Shown: positions 26,692-35,638 of the stretch, piece after piece | Layout of the letters: every line of letters begins with the position of its first letter | How positions within the stretch are numbered: the stretch's first letter is position 1 | Origin: Deltaproteobacteria bacterium | GTDB lineage: Bacteria > Myxococcota_A > Polyangia > DRWM01 > JAAZOP01 | DNA: 64,000 nt | Reading direction: 5' to 3' | Assembly: GCA_016218765.1 (NCBI GenBank) | Contig: JACRCZ010000048.1 | Span: 40,779 to 104,778 of the forward strand | Made by a program: the position numbers and the translations under genes | The notes under the pieces: model-generated | Seen by the model: only the letters and a program-made list of their open reading frames with translations | Database searches by the model: none | What the model was told of the DNA's origin: nothing

Positions 26692-28899
26692 TCAGGGGTC
26701 GAGGGTGGCGGCGAGGCCGGAGGCGCCGGCGAGGATGCCGCGGCCGTTGGGGGTGAAGACGAGGCGGGTGCCGGAGGCGCCGGGGAGGGGCGGCGTGCGG
26801 ACGGGGGGATCGGACCACTCGGCGGAGGCGCCGATGGCGAGGCCGGCGCCGGAGCCGTCGAAGAGCTCGAGAGTGCCGTCGGGGAGGGTGCGGGCACCGA
26901 TGACGGTGAGGTCGTCGCCGGTGAAGCCGTATTGGGTCCAGCTGGCGCCGGCGTCGGTCGAGCGGTAGACGACGTTGGCGTTGACGAGCCAGGCGGTGTC
27001 GGCGCCGGACGAACCCAGCCAGTTGATCGTGAAGTAGGAGCGCGGGCCGGGGAGGCCGCCGCCATCGAGTTCGGCGAAGGTGCGGCCGTCGTCGGTGCTG
27101 CGCCAGAGGGCGCGACCGTCGGAGAGGAGGATCGTGGGCGAGGGGGCAGAGGGCAGGACGGCGAGCAGGCGCGGGGAGCGGCCCGCCGCGCCGGGCAGGG
27201 GGACGACGGTCCAGGAACGGCAGCCGTCGGCGGTGGCGAAGAGGCGGAGGCGAGAGGCGGCGAGGCCGTGGTCGTTGTCGAGGAAGTGCAGCATGGCGAT
27301 GCCGGGGTACGAGTAGTCGGTGGATTCGCCGGGCAGGTCGAGCGGCAGGCCGGTGGAGCGTTCCTCCCAGGTGGCGCCGCCGTCGTCGCTGGCGACGACG
27401 TGTCCCCACCTCGTGCCGAGGCGAATGTGGGTCGCGTCGGGAACGGCCACGGCGGACCACCCAAGGAACGCCTCCTCGTAGCCGTCCGTGACGGGAGGGA
27501 GGTTGACCTCGACGTCGGACCAGGTCTCGCCGAGGTTGCGCGAGAGGAGGACGGAGGTTTGGCCGGCGGCCACGGCGAGTGAGCCGGCGACGGCCAGGTC
27601 GGAGAGGTGGGGTGTGGGCCCGTCGTTCGCGGAGACCCAGCGATCACCCTCGGCGCGGTAGATGCGACCGCCGTAGCCGACGCCGAGAGCGTGGTCGAGG
27701 TCCCGGACGGCGAGGTCGCGGCCGTCGGGGTTGGATTCGCTGCCGGGGACCGGTCCGGGGAAGGGGCCGCCGAACCAGGTCTTGCCGTCGTCCCAGGTGC
27801 AGCGCACGCGGCGCAGGCGCTCGTCGGGCACGCAGAGGTCGGCGGGGCCGGCGGGAGGAGCACCGGGCGTTTCGGTCCAGGCGCCGGCCGTCTGCCAGGT
27901 TTCGCCGCCGTTGGTGGTGGTTTCGAGGGGCGCGTTGGTCTCGGGGACGAAGGCGTCGCCGCCGAGCGCGACGCCCGACGCGTCGTCGGCGAAGACGGCG
28001 AAGCGGACGTAGCGTTCGAAGAACGTGCGCGGATCGAGCCACGAGGCGCCGCCGTCGTCGCTGCGGCGAATGAACCCCGTGTGGTCGACGGCCATTCCCT
28101 CCGCGCCGGGAGTCGTCACGGGCATGTGGCGAAGGTCGAACCAGCCGCCGCCGACGAAGGCGCGCGTTTCGGTGGCGAAAGCGAAGGCGTCGGCGCGGCC
28201 GGGGAGGGGACCGACCATCGTCAACGTCGCGCCCTCGATGCGCTCGAGGAAGTTGGTGACCACCCAGGAGCGTTTCCAGCGGTCGACGAGGATGCGGCCG
28301 GAGGGGCCGCGCTGGAAGGTCGAGCCGTCGCCGCCCCAGGCGCGTTCAGGCGACGGCGTCGCGATCGTCTCCCACGCACTGCCGTCGGCGCTACGCAAGC
28401 GGGTGCCGTCCTTGCTGGCAAGCCAGATGACGCCGTCCGAGGCGCGGCCGACGGCGATCCAGTCGGCCGTGGAAGGAACGTCGACGAGGTCCCAACTCGC
28501 GCCGGAGTCGGTGCTGCGGACGACGGCGCCGCCGTAGCCTGCGGCCCAGGCCTCGGAGTCGGAGAACCATTCGACGGCGACGAGGGTCTGCAGGGTGGGG
28601 CCGGGATTGCGCACCAGCCAGCCCGGGGATGGAGCCGCACCTCTTCCCGGGCCTGAAGGCCCGGGCTGCACCCCCAAGCCCGCGTCGCGGGCTGAGGAGG
28701 AATCCGCTTCCGGGGGCGAGACCCCGGGCGGGACCACGAAGCCCGCTTCGCGGGCTGACGAGGAAGGGAGACTCTCTCCGGAGTGGTCGGTGACGGACGC
28801 GGGGGCGCGGGCGCGGCAGCCGGGGAAGGTCGCGGCGAGGAGCGCAAGCAAGGCAGTGATGCGCGCGAGGGACCGATCGCGGGCTGGTTGGGTTCTCAA
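26692..28899 (-). CDS. Exported BNR/Asp-box repeat (sialidase/sortilin-like beta-propeller) lipoprotein
   Basis: There are more than 8 Asp-box motifs of the form S-x-D-x-G-x-x-W (STDSGASW, SDDGGASW, TTNGGETW, SDDGGATW, STDAGASW...). A TTG start at 28899 gives the signal peptide MRTQPARDRSLARITALLALLAATFPGC. The ORF-track start at 29019 is an alternative. Confidence 0.6.
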   Translation of the reverse strand: MRTQPARDRSLARITALLALLAATFPGCRARAPASVTDHSGESLPSSSAREAGFVVPPGVSPPEADSSSARDAGLGVQPGPSGPGRGAAPSPGWLVRNPGPTLQTLVAVEWFSDSEAWAAGYGGAVVRSTDSGASWDLVDVPSTADWIAVGRASDGVIWLASKDGTRLRSADGSAWETIATPSPERAWGGDGSTFQRGPSGRILVDRWKRSWVVTNFLERIEGATLTMVGPLPGRADAFAFATETRAFVGGGWFDLRHMPVTTPGAEGMAVDHTGFIRRSDDGGASWLDPRTFFERYVRFAVFADDASGVALGGDAFVPETNAPLETTTNGGETWQTAGAWTETPGAPPAGPADLCVPDERLRRVRCTWDDGKTWFGGPFPGPVPGSESNPDGRDLAVRDLDHALGVGYGGRIYRAEGDRWVSANDGPTPHLSDLAVAGSLAVAAGQTSVLLSRNLGETWSDVEVNLPPVTDGYEEAFLGWSAVAVPDATHIRLGTRWGHVVASDDGGATWEERSTGLPLDLPGESTDYSYPGIAMLHFLDNDHGLAASRLRLFATADGCRSWTVVPLPGAAGRSPRLLAVLPSAPSPTILLSDGRALWRSTDDGRTFAELDGGGLPGPRSYFTINWLGSSGADTAWLVNANVVYRSTDAGASWTQYGFTGDDLTVIGARTLPDGTLELFDGSGAGLAIGASAEWSDPPVRTPPLPGASGTRLVFTPNGRGILAGASGLAATLDP

Positions 28900-29090
28900 C
28901 TTACACCTCGTCGGCGATGGACACCGCCCGCGGGCGGTGCTTGGTCGAATGGTATCCCACCCTTTGCGTCCTTTGCGGTTCTTTGCGCCCTTTGCGCGAG
29001 CTTCGGGACCATGGATCATGTTCTCCCCGCAGCCTTCAAATTGGGATTGACACGTCCGTCCGTATCGTTTATATACGTAGTTGTGGATGG

Positions 29091-29753
29091 ATGGTGGTCA
29101 TGACGACGGAGTTTCGGAGGCAGGCAGACCGGCAGCGCAAGGAGCGGCGCCGCGAGGTGTTGCTCGACGCGGCGGCGGTGGTCATCGGGCGCCAGGGTTA
29201 TCACCGCACGCTGGTTTCGGAGATTGTGGCGGAGGCCGGGTCGGGTCAGGGGACGTTCTACCGTTACTTCCGGGACAAGCGGGAGGTGTTCGACGCGTTG
29301 TTGGATCGGTTCGTGGAGACGGTGTTGGGGCAGTTTTCGGAGATGAGCGTGAACCTGCCGCGGAACGCGCGGGAGTACCGGGACGCGTCGGTGGCGGCGA
29401 TCCAGCGGATTGCGGCGGCGGCGGAGCGGGACCGGGCGTTGGTGCGTCGGCTCGTGCAGGAGGGTCCGGCGGTCGATGCCGCGTTCGAGCGCAAGCTGGC
29501 GGGGGTGCAGGATCGGCTGGCTGGGCTGGCGCAGTTCTACCTGGACCACGCGGTGCGGAGCGGGTTTGCGCGGCCGTGCAACACGGCGGTGGTGTCGCGG
29601 GCGGTGATCGGGATGGCGTTCGCCGGGGTGCAGCAGTGGATGGACGGGCGGTACGAGGAGCTGCCGCTCGAGCGATTGATCGAGGAGATGGTGGATTTCG
29701 CGTTTCACGGGTTCGGGGCCCCGGTGGGCGACGGGGGAGGAGGAGCGTCATGA
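29091..29753 (+). CDS. TetR/AcrR-family transcriptional regulator
   Basis: The N-terminal HTH is GYHRTLVSEIVAEAGSGQGTFYRYFRDKREVF. Confidence 0.8.
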   Translation: MVVMTTEFRRQADRQRKERRREVLLDAAAVVIGRQGYHRTLVSEIVAEAGSGQGTFYRYFRDKREVFDALLDRFVETVLGQFSEMSVNLPRNAREYRDASVAAIQRIAAAAERDRALVRRLVQEGPAVDAAFERKLAGVQDRLAGLAQFYLDHAVRSGFARPCNTAVVSRAVIGMAFAGVQQWMDGRYEELPLERLIEEMVDFAFHGFGAPVGDGGGGAS

Positions 29754-30583
29754 AGGATCTGCATGGGAAGACGGTGTTGGTGACCGGGGCGGCGAGCGGC
29801 ATCGGGCTCTGCACGGCAGAGGAGTTCGCGAAGGCGGGGACGACGCTGGTGCTGACGGACATCCAGCCGGAGGCGTTGGAGCGGGCGGCGGAGCGTTTGC
29901 GGGGGTGCGGGGCGACGGTGCACACGCGGGTGGTGGACGTCACGGATCGCGCGCAGGTCGACCTGCTGGCGAAGTGGGTGGTGGACGAGCTGGGCGGGCT
30001 GGACATCCTGGTGAACAACGCGGGCATCGGGCATCACGGCGAGCTGGCGGACACGACGCTCGACACCTGGAAGAAGCTGATGGACGTGAACTTCTGGGGG
30101 CCGCTGTACCACATCTACGCGTTCCTGCCCTCGATGACGGCGCGCGGGTCCGGGCACATCGTGAACGTCTCCTCGGGCCAGGCGTTCTTCCGGATGCCGA
30201 CCTGGGGGGCGTACGCGGCGATCAAGGTGGCGGAGGGGGCGTTCTCCGAGGTCCTGCACTTCGAGCTGCGGGGGAAGGGCATCCGGGTGACGACGGTCTA
30301 TCCGTTCCTGGTCAACACGCCGTTCTATCGCGGGGTGGAGGGGGGGACGTGGGCGGACCGGCTGTCGATGAAGCTGTTGCCGCTGTACTCGATGACGCCG
30401 GAGAAGGTGGGGACGATCATCTTCAAGGCGGTGGTCGACGATCGGCGGGTGGAGATGGTGAGTGCGATCAACCTGCTGGGTTTCTACGCGCACCTGTTGC
30501 CGCCGCTGGCGGCGGCGATGAGCGAGGTGGCGACGTATTTCCTGGCGCGCAAGCCGGCGCGGACGGCGCGGGGAAAGGAGTAG
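29750..30583 (+). CDS. Short-chain dehydrogenase/reductase (SDR)
   Basis: It has TGAASGIG (TGxxxGxG), NNAG and an YxxxK catalytic region. There is an ATGA overlap with the TetR gene. Confidence 0.8.
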   Translation: MKDLHGKTVLVTGAASGIGLCTAEEFAKAGTTLVLTDIQPEALERAAERLRGCGATVHTRVVDVTDRAQVDLLAKWVVDELGGLDILVNNAGIGHHGELADTTLDTWKKLMDVNFWGPLYHIYAFLPSMTARGSGHIVNVSSGQAFFRMPTWGAYAAIKVAEGAFSEVLHFELRGKGIRVTTVYPFLVNTPFYRGVEGGTWADRLSMKLLPLYSMTPEKVGTIIFKAVVDDRRVEMVSAINLLGFYAHLLPPLAAAMSEVATYFLARKPARTARGKE

Positions 30584-30587
30584 GGCG

Positions 30588-31091
30588 ATGGAGCGGCTGA
30601 TGGAGCTGGTGCGCGGCGTGACGGAGAAGAAGTTCGGGTTCCGGATGGACGAGGTGATGAGCGGGACGCACGTGTTCGAGCCCGGGGCGGGTCCGGAGGG
30701 GCGGCACGAGTTCTCGTTCACGGTGACGTGGGGTCCCGACGACCTGGTGCGGTGGCTCGACCCCCGGAGCGGCTCGTTCCTGACGCAGGACCTCGACGGC
30801 ACGGTGACGATCGGCGGCCTGTGCGAGGCGGCGCCGTGCCAGGGGCGGCTGGAGCTGCGGTATTTCGACGAGCACGTGTTGCGCTACCGGTTCGAGTTCG
30901 AGGTCGCGGGCGTGCGCTATCGCTACGTGGGCGAGAAGGTGAACATCCAGCCGTGGAACCTGCCGGTCTCGCACACGACGTGCTTCGGCGTCGTGACGGA
31001 GGTCGAGAGCGGGCGGCTGATCTCGCGTTCGGTGACGCACTTCCGGCTGCGCACGGTGCCGGCATTCCTCAAGAGCCTGCGGGCGGCGTGA
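30588..31091 (+). CDS. Hypothetical protein, third gene of the TetR-SDR operon
   Basis: A 167-aa ORF starting 5 nt after the SDR stop. Confidence 0.55.
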   Translation: MERLMELVRGVTEKKFGFRMDEVMSGTHVFEPGAGPEGRHEFSFTVTWGPDDLVRWLDPRSGSFLTQDLDGTVTIGGLCEAAPCQGRLELRYFDEHVLRYRFEFEVAGVRYRYVGEKVNIQPWNLPVSHTTCFGVVTEVESGRLISRSVTHFRLRTVPAFLKSLRAA

Positions 31092-31143
31092 TTTCGCGCA
31101 AGGGACGCGAAGAGGCAAGGCACGCCAAGAGGGGGGCGGCGGT

Positions 31144-32385
31144 TCAGAGGTCCTCGAGGCGTCCCGAGCCGTCGTCAAACGTGGCTTTCTTGCGCCGGAT
31201 GCGCCATTCCGAGTCCCGGCGCGCGAGCTCGTACCGGAACTCGACCGTCTTGGGCCGCCAGCTCCCGTCGGTCCTCACGACGGCGGAGCGCTCGGCCTGT
31301 TCGACGCCGAGTACCTTCTCCTTTCGCGGGTCGTACGTGGGAGGATACCCGTAGATGGAGAACGTGAGTCGGTGGTGATCGCCCGGCAGGCAGCACGCGT
31401 CGAAGATTCCTGCCAGCGCTGCCGCGTCCGCCCTGCCCGACCTCCAGCAGCGCCTCTCCCATCGGTTCATCTCGCGGATGAAGGACTCGACGACGCCGGC
31501 GGGGCCGGCGGTCGAAGGGGCTCGAGGAGTCGGGGTCGTTCGTTTCATGTGTTGTTCCTGCAGCGCCTGGCGCCGCCCGGCGCGAAGGTCATCGACTTCG
31601 ACCAGCCGCATCTTCAGGTCGCCCGTCGGGCGACGCGTGGCTTCGAGCCCGATCACGAAGGGCGTGGGTTGGCTATCGGGGGCGGGGTTGGCGTCCCACA
31701 ACCGGAATTGGATTCGCCACGTCGGTGCCCTGCGGTCCGGCAGGCGGGAACCCGCGAGGCTGCTGCCGGGTCCGTCCAGGCCGTAGGCGCGTTGCGGGGG
31801 GAGGACGAGGGGAAAGCCGCGTCTCGCGCACCGGGCCAGTTCTCGCTGCAGCGTCGCCGGCAGCACCCCGGCGCGGGCCAACGCCGCCGTCCGGCCTGCG
31901 ACGATTTTCGCCACCAGGTCCTGGAGGAGGGGACGCAACTCGTCGATGACGGGCGGGCTGCCGACCAGGAAGCTGTCATGCGCAGGATCCCGGAGCCCAT
32001 CCTGGATGGCGTAGTGCGGATCCCAGCTCTCGAAGCGCACAATCTCGGGATGCCCCTCTAGCACCGGCGCATGGCGGGCGTAGTCGAGCGGTTTCTCGAG
32101 GGTGACGGTGAAGTGGCTGTGGGCGGTCCAGCATGCTGCCGAGACGACCGCGTTGCCGCGCCGAAGCTCGGCGTCGAGGATGGCGGCCAGGGTCGGCCCC
32201 AGGCGATTCCGCTGTGCCGGCGGCAGGTGACGCGCCGTCGCACGGGGATGCGTGTGTCCGGCGCCGGATCCGGGCGCCGCTGTCCGCGCGGTGCGTTTGC
32301 GCCTTGTCTCGCTGTTCGCCACGAGCCGCACCTCCCGTCCCAGGGCGACGCGGAGACGATCGTCGAGACTGCCGTCTGCGGTCAA
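31144..32385 (-). CDS. Hypothetical protein
   Basis: A 413-aa ORF with no confident family assignment. Confidence 0.45.
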   Translation of the reverse strand: MTADGSLDDRLRVALGREVRLVANSETRRKRTARTAAPGSGAGHTHPRATARHLPPAQRNRLGPTLAAILDAELRRGNAVVSAACWTAHSHFTVTLEKPLDYARHAPVLEGHPEIVRFESWDPHYAIQDGLRDPAHDSFLVGSPPVIDELRPLLQDLVAKIVAGRTAALARAGVLPATLQRELARCARRGFPLVLPPQRAYGLDGPGSSLAGSRLPDRRAPTWRIQFRLWDANPAPDSQPTPFVIGLEATRRPTGDLKMRLVEVDDLRAGRRQALQEQHMKRTTPTPRAPSTAGPAGVVESFIREMNRWERRCWRSGRADAAALAGIFDACCLPGDHHRLTFSIYGYPPTYDPRKEKVLGVEQAERSAVVRTDGSWRPKTVEFRYELARRDSEWRIRRKKATFDDGSGRLEDL

Positions 32386-32492
32386 GCCTGCGCGCAGTGG
32401 GGGTTGAGAGGTTGACGGCCCGGCCGCGCGTGTTCAGGGTGGCGGCGGGGTGGGCGACGCTTCGCCGGGCTGCTCTCGGCGGGAGAGGTGCG

Positions 32493-32795
32493 ATGCCCAA
32501 CTGGACCTTCTACTGCTGGTCGTGCGGGCGCACGACCGAGATGATCGACAAGGTGGCCCGGTTCGACGTGTGCCCGCACTGCGGCGCGGACATGCACTCC
32601 TGCCGGAACTGCGAGCACTGGGACCCGGATCGGCCGGAGCGCTGCTGCGACGAGTCGTACCCGCTCGCGGAGGACCCGAAGCGCTCCAACGTCTCGAGCC
32701 GCTTCGAGGCCCGGCGCTCGCCGCACCCGTCCCGCGCCGGAGCCGAAGCCGCGCGCGCCAGGCTCGACGAGGTTTTTGACAAGAAGCCGAAATAG
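32493..32795 (+). CDS. Small zinc-ribbon protein
   Basis: MPNWTFYCWSCG...CPHCG...CRNCEH has three CxxC pairs. The ATG is internal to ORF 32133..32795. Confidence 0.45.
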   Translation: MPNWTFYCWSCGRTTEMIDKVARFDVCPHCGADMHSCRNCEHWDPDRPERCCDESYPLAEDPKRSNVSSRFEARRSPHPSRAGAEAARARLDEVFDKKPK

Positions 32796-32809
32796 CACGG
32801 CGCGGAGTG

Positions 32810-34300
32810 CTACGGCGCGGGGGGCCAGGAGACGCCGACGTAGATGGGGTTGGAGTAGACCCAGGCGTGGTCGACGACGTAGGTGTCGGCGCGGAGGCCG
32901 AGCCAGGGGCGGAGGTGTTCGGGGACGATGCGCACGTCGGCGCGGTACACGCCGACGGGCGCCGCCGGCAGCTCGACGGTGCCCTGCCCTGTCGCGACTT
33001 CCATCCAGGTCCCGTCGTCGGAGCGGAGGATCCGTGCGGTGATCACCGGCTGCGGGCCGTCCGGGTCGAGCTTGCTGACGGTGGGGGCGACGACGCGCAG
33101 GACGACGGTCTCGCCGGCCGGGACTTCGTCCCCCATTTCGTAGAACGTTCCGGCGGCTTCGGCGTGGAAGTCGAACCCGACGGGGTATCCGAGGTAGTCG
33201 AAGCCGCCGTAGAGGCGGCCGCGGCGGATGGCGTCCTTGAGCGCAACGTCGTCGACCGCGCCCGCGGGGAGCAGCACGTAATTGGAGAACCAATGCGTGA
33301 GGCGGCGGAAGGAGTCGATCCGCTCGCCATCGGGGCTGGTCCCGTTGAAGGTGTTGCGGTGGACGTCGGTGGCCAGGACGCCGGCGGAGCGGCGGATCGC
33401 GAGGGCCCTGGACCAGCGGAGCAGGTCGGCGTCGTTCTCGCGCCAGATGGGCACGAGGCCGAGCTCGGGCACGGGGACGCGGCACGGCGCCCGGCGCAGC
33501 TCGGTCAGGAGGCTCAGCGCTTCCGCGATGCCGTCCTCCAGGTTGAAGTGCAGGTTGTAGATCTCGAAGCCGTCGAGCGGCATGGCGAGCAGCTCCTCGA
33601 CGGGCCAGCCTTCGGTGTGCTGGACGAGGGCCACGGCGCCGGCGGCCTTGAGCGCCTCGATGCCGGCGGGCGTGGTGTCATTGTAGTTGTCGTGGCGTTC
33701 GGCCGGCGTGTCGCCGACGTGGTGTTCGAGGCCGATGGGCATCGAGCCCTGCTCGGTGCCCGCGGCGATGATGATCTCGCGGCCGTCGGGGCAGGCCATG
33801 CGGTTGGCGACGGGGTTGCCGTCGCGCTCGATGAGGGTGTCGCCGGGGGCGTAGAGCAGGATGTCGGGAAACTCGTGGTCGGCGAAGAGGGTGGCGTGGT
33901 CGGTGAGGAAGGCGAAGTCCTGGCCGGTGTCGCAGAGGGCCTGGCGCAGCTGCTGGAAGCACTCTTCGTTGCGCACGCCGTCGGTGAACGGCTCGTTGTC
34001 GCAGCCGTCGTGGGAGTAGGGCGAGTGGATGTGGATGATGCCGCGGCGGAGCTGCCAGTCCCGCGGGGCCGGGACCTCGGACGAAGGCAGGACGGCCCAC
34101 GGGTGGTAGAAGCGATCGTCGGCGAACTCCTCGCCGGGGGGCGAGTTGCAGACGAACGCCTCCGCCTCCTCGGTCACGTCGAGGGCGTCGACCGCGTCGG
34201 CGGCGACGTCGCCCGCGTCGCCGGAGCTTCCGGCCGGGCCGCAGGCGAGGAGGGAGAGGCAGGTGAGTCCGAAAACGGCACGATGTCCACGGTGCATCAT
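32810..34300 (-). CDS. Exported PHP-domain (polymerase/histidinol-phosphatase-like) phosphoesterase lipoprotein
   Basis: It starts at MMHRGHRAVFGLTCLSLLACG (signal/lipobox). RGIIHIHSPYSHDG matches the PHP motif-I pattern. The N-terminal extension in the ORF track encodes an intergenic repeat and was rejected. Confidence 0.6.
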   Translation of the reverse strand: MMHRGHRAVFGLTCLSLLACGPAGSSGDAGDVAADAVDALDVTEEAEAFVCNSPPGEEFADDRFYHPWAVLPSSEVPAPRDWQLRRGIIHIHSPYSHDGCDNEPFTDGVRNEECFQQLRQALCDTGQDFAFLTDHATLFADHEFPDILLYAPGDTLIERDGNPVANRMACPDGREIIIAAGTEQGSMPIGLEHHVGDTPAERHDNYNDTTPAGIEALKAAGAVALVQHTEGWPVEELLAMPLDGFEIYNLHFNLEDGIAEALSLLTELRRAPCRVPVPELGLVPIWRENDADLLRWSRALAIRRSAGVLATDVHRNTFNGTSPDGERIDSFRRLTHWFSNYVLLPAGAVDDVALKDAIRRGRLYGGFDYLGYPVGFDFHAEAAGTFYEMGDEVPAGETVVLRVVAPTVSKLDPDGPQPVITARILRSDDGTWMEVATGQGTVELPAAPVGVYRADVRIVPEHLRPWLGLRADTYVVDHAWVYSNPIYVGVSWPPAP

Positions 34301-34360
34301 GACGGGATAGTACGTCGTGACGGGCGACGATGCCACGGAGAGGCGGCGCGACTCACGCGA

Positions 34361-34395
34361 GCGCTCCACCGCTCCACCGCTCCACCGCTCCACCC
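34361..34395. repeat. (GCTCCACC)x4 tandem octamer array upstream of the PHP lipoprotein gene
   Basis: The sequence is gcgctccaccgctccaccgctccaccgctccaccc. It lies about 60 nt upstream of the ATG at 34300 on the minus strand. Confidence 0.65.
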
Positions 34396-35570
34396 TACGT
34401 GCAGTCGTCGAACTCGAGGATGTCGATGGGGGAGCGCCAGCGGACGACGGGAGGAGCGGTGGGGGCGGGGGCGGGGTGGGCGGCGAAGCTGACGGCGGAG
34501 AGGACGGCGAGGCAGGCGGCGAGGCTCCAGAAGAAGCCGCGGGGGCCGAGGAGCATGATGGCGAGGCCGCCGGCGGCCGGGCCGAGGACGGAGCCGACGC
34601 CGTAGGAGGCGGTGAAGCGGGCGTTGGCGGCGGCGAGGGTGTGGATGTCGACGCGGCGGCCGACCTCGGCGAGACCCAGGGTGTACATGGAACCGACGCC
34701 GATGCCGGCGAGGACGCAGCACAGGATGATGGTCGTCAGCTCGAGGTGGAGCAGCGGCAGGCAGACGCCGACGAGGGCGATGGAGGCGGCAGCGCGGGTG
34801 AGCGGAATCGGTCCGACGCGATCGGCGGCGACGCCGACGGGGATGTGGGTCACGAGGCCCGAGCCGACGACGAGGACGAAGAACCAGCCGACCTGGTCGT
34901 TGGAGAAACCGAGGCGCACGGTGCAGACGGGGAGCAGCGCGGTGACGATGGCCTCGCAGAAGCCGTAGCTGAAGCCGATGACCATCGGGGCGCGCAGCGG
35001 CAGGCGCGGCTGCTTGCGGCGTTCGGGGCGGTCGCGCACGGGAGGACGGGCGTCGGGAAAGAGGAACGGAGCCAGGCCGGCGGCCAGGATGGAGACGCCG
35101 GCGACGACGAGGAACGGCGGCCAGTTGCCGAGCGGATCGAGGAACGGCCACGAGGCGGCGCCGGTGCTGAAGCCGACGGAGAAGGCGACGCCGTAGAGGG
35201 CGAGGTTGCGGGCGCGGCGTGCGGGGTCGCCGATCAGGCTGACCGCGACCTCGGTGGAGACGAAGAACAGCGCCGCGAAGCCGCCGGAGAGGGCGCGGAA
35301 GGCGAACCAGGCGGCGAGAGTCGGGAGCGCGGGGTAGAGGAGGGCGGTGAGGCCGAGTCCGATGCTCCCGGCGAGGAAGGTGCGACGGACGCCCTGGCTC
35401 TTGATCACGCGGCCGGCGAGCAGTGCGCCGAGGCCGATGGCAAGGTACATGACGGTGCTGGTCAAGCCGTTGACGAGCGGCGCGACGCCGTCGCGATCGA
35501 GCCGGGCAGCGATGAGGGGGGTGAAGACGCCGATGGAGAGGCCGAGGGCGACGGTGGTGCCCAGGAGCAT
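34395..35570 (-). CDS. MFS transporter
   Basis: About 12 predicted TM helices. The start taken is the internal Met MLLGTTVALG, because the upstream part of ORF 34395..37037 overlaps the next gene in another frame. Confidence 0.7.
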   Translation of the reverse strand: MLLGTTVALGLSIGVFTPLIAARLDRDGVAPLVNGLTSTVMYLAIGLGALLAGRVIKSQGVRRTFLAGSIGLGLTALLYPALPTLAAWFAFRALSGGFAALFFVSTEVAVSLIGDPARRARNLALYGVAFSVGFSTGAASWPFLDPLGNWPPFLVVAGVSILAAGLAPFLFPDARPPVRDRPERRKQPRLPLRAPMVIGFSYGFCEAIVTALLPVCTVRLGFSNDQVGWFFVLVVGSGLVTHIPVGVAADRVGPIPLTRAAASIALVGVCLPLLHLELTTIILCCVLAGIGVGSMYTLGLAEVGRRVDIHTLAAANARFTASYGVGSVLGPAAGGLAIMLLGPRGFFWSLAACLAVLSAVSFAAHPAPAPTAPPVVRWRSPIDILEFDDCT

Positions 35571-35638
35571 GACGAGGGCGGCGAGCGGATGGCGTTCCGC
35601 GCGCTCGCCCCCCTCCCCTGCCGGGCCGCAGTCGGCGG

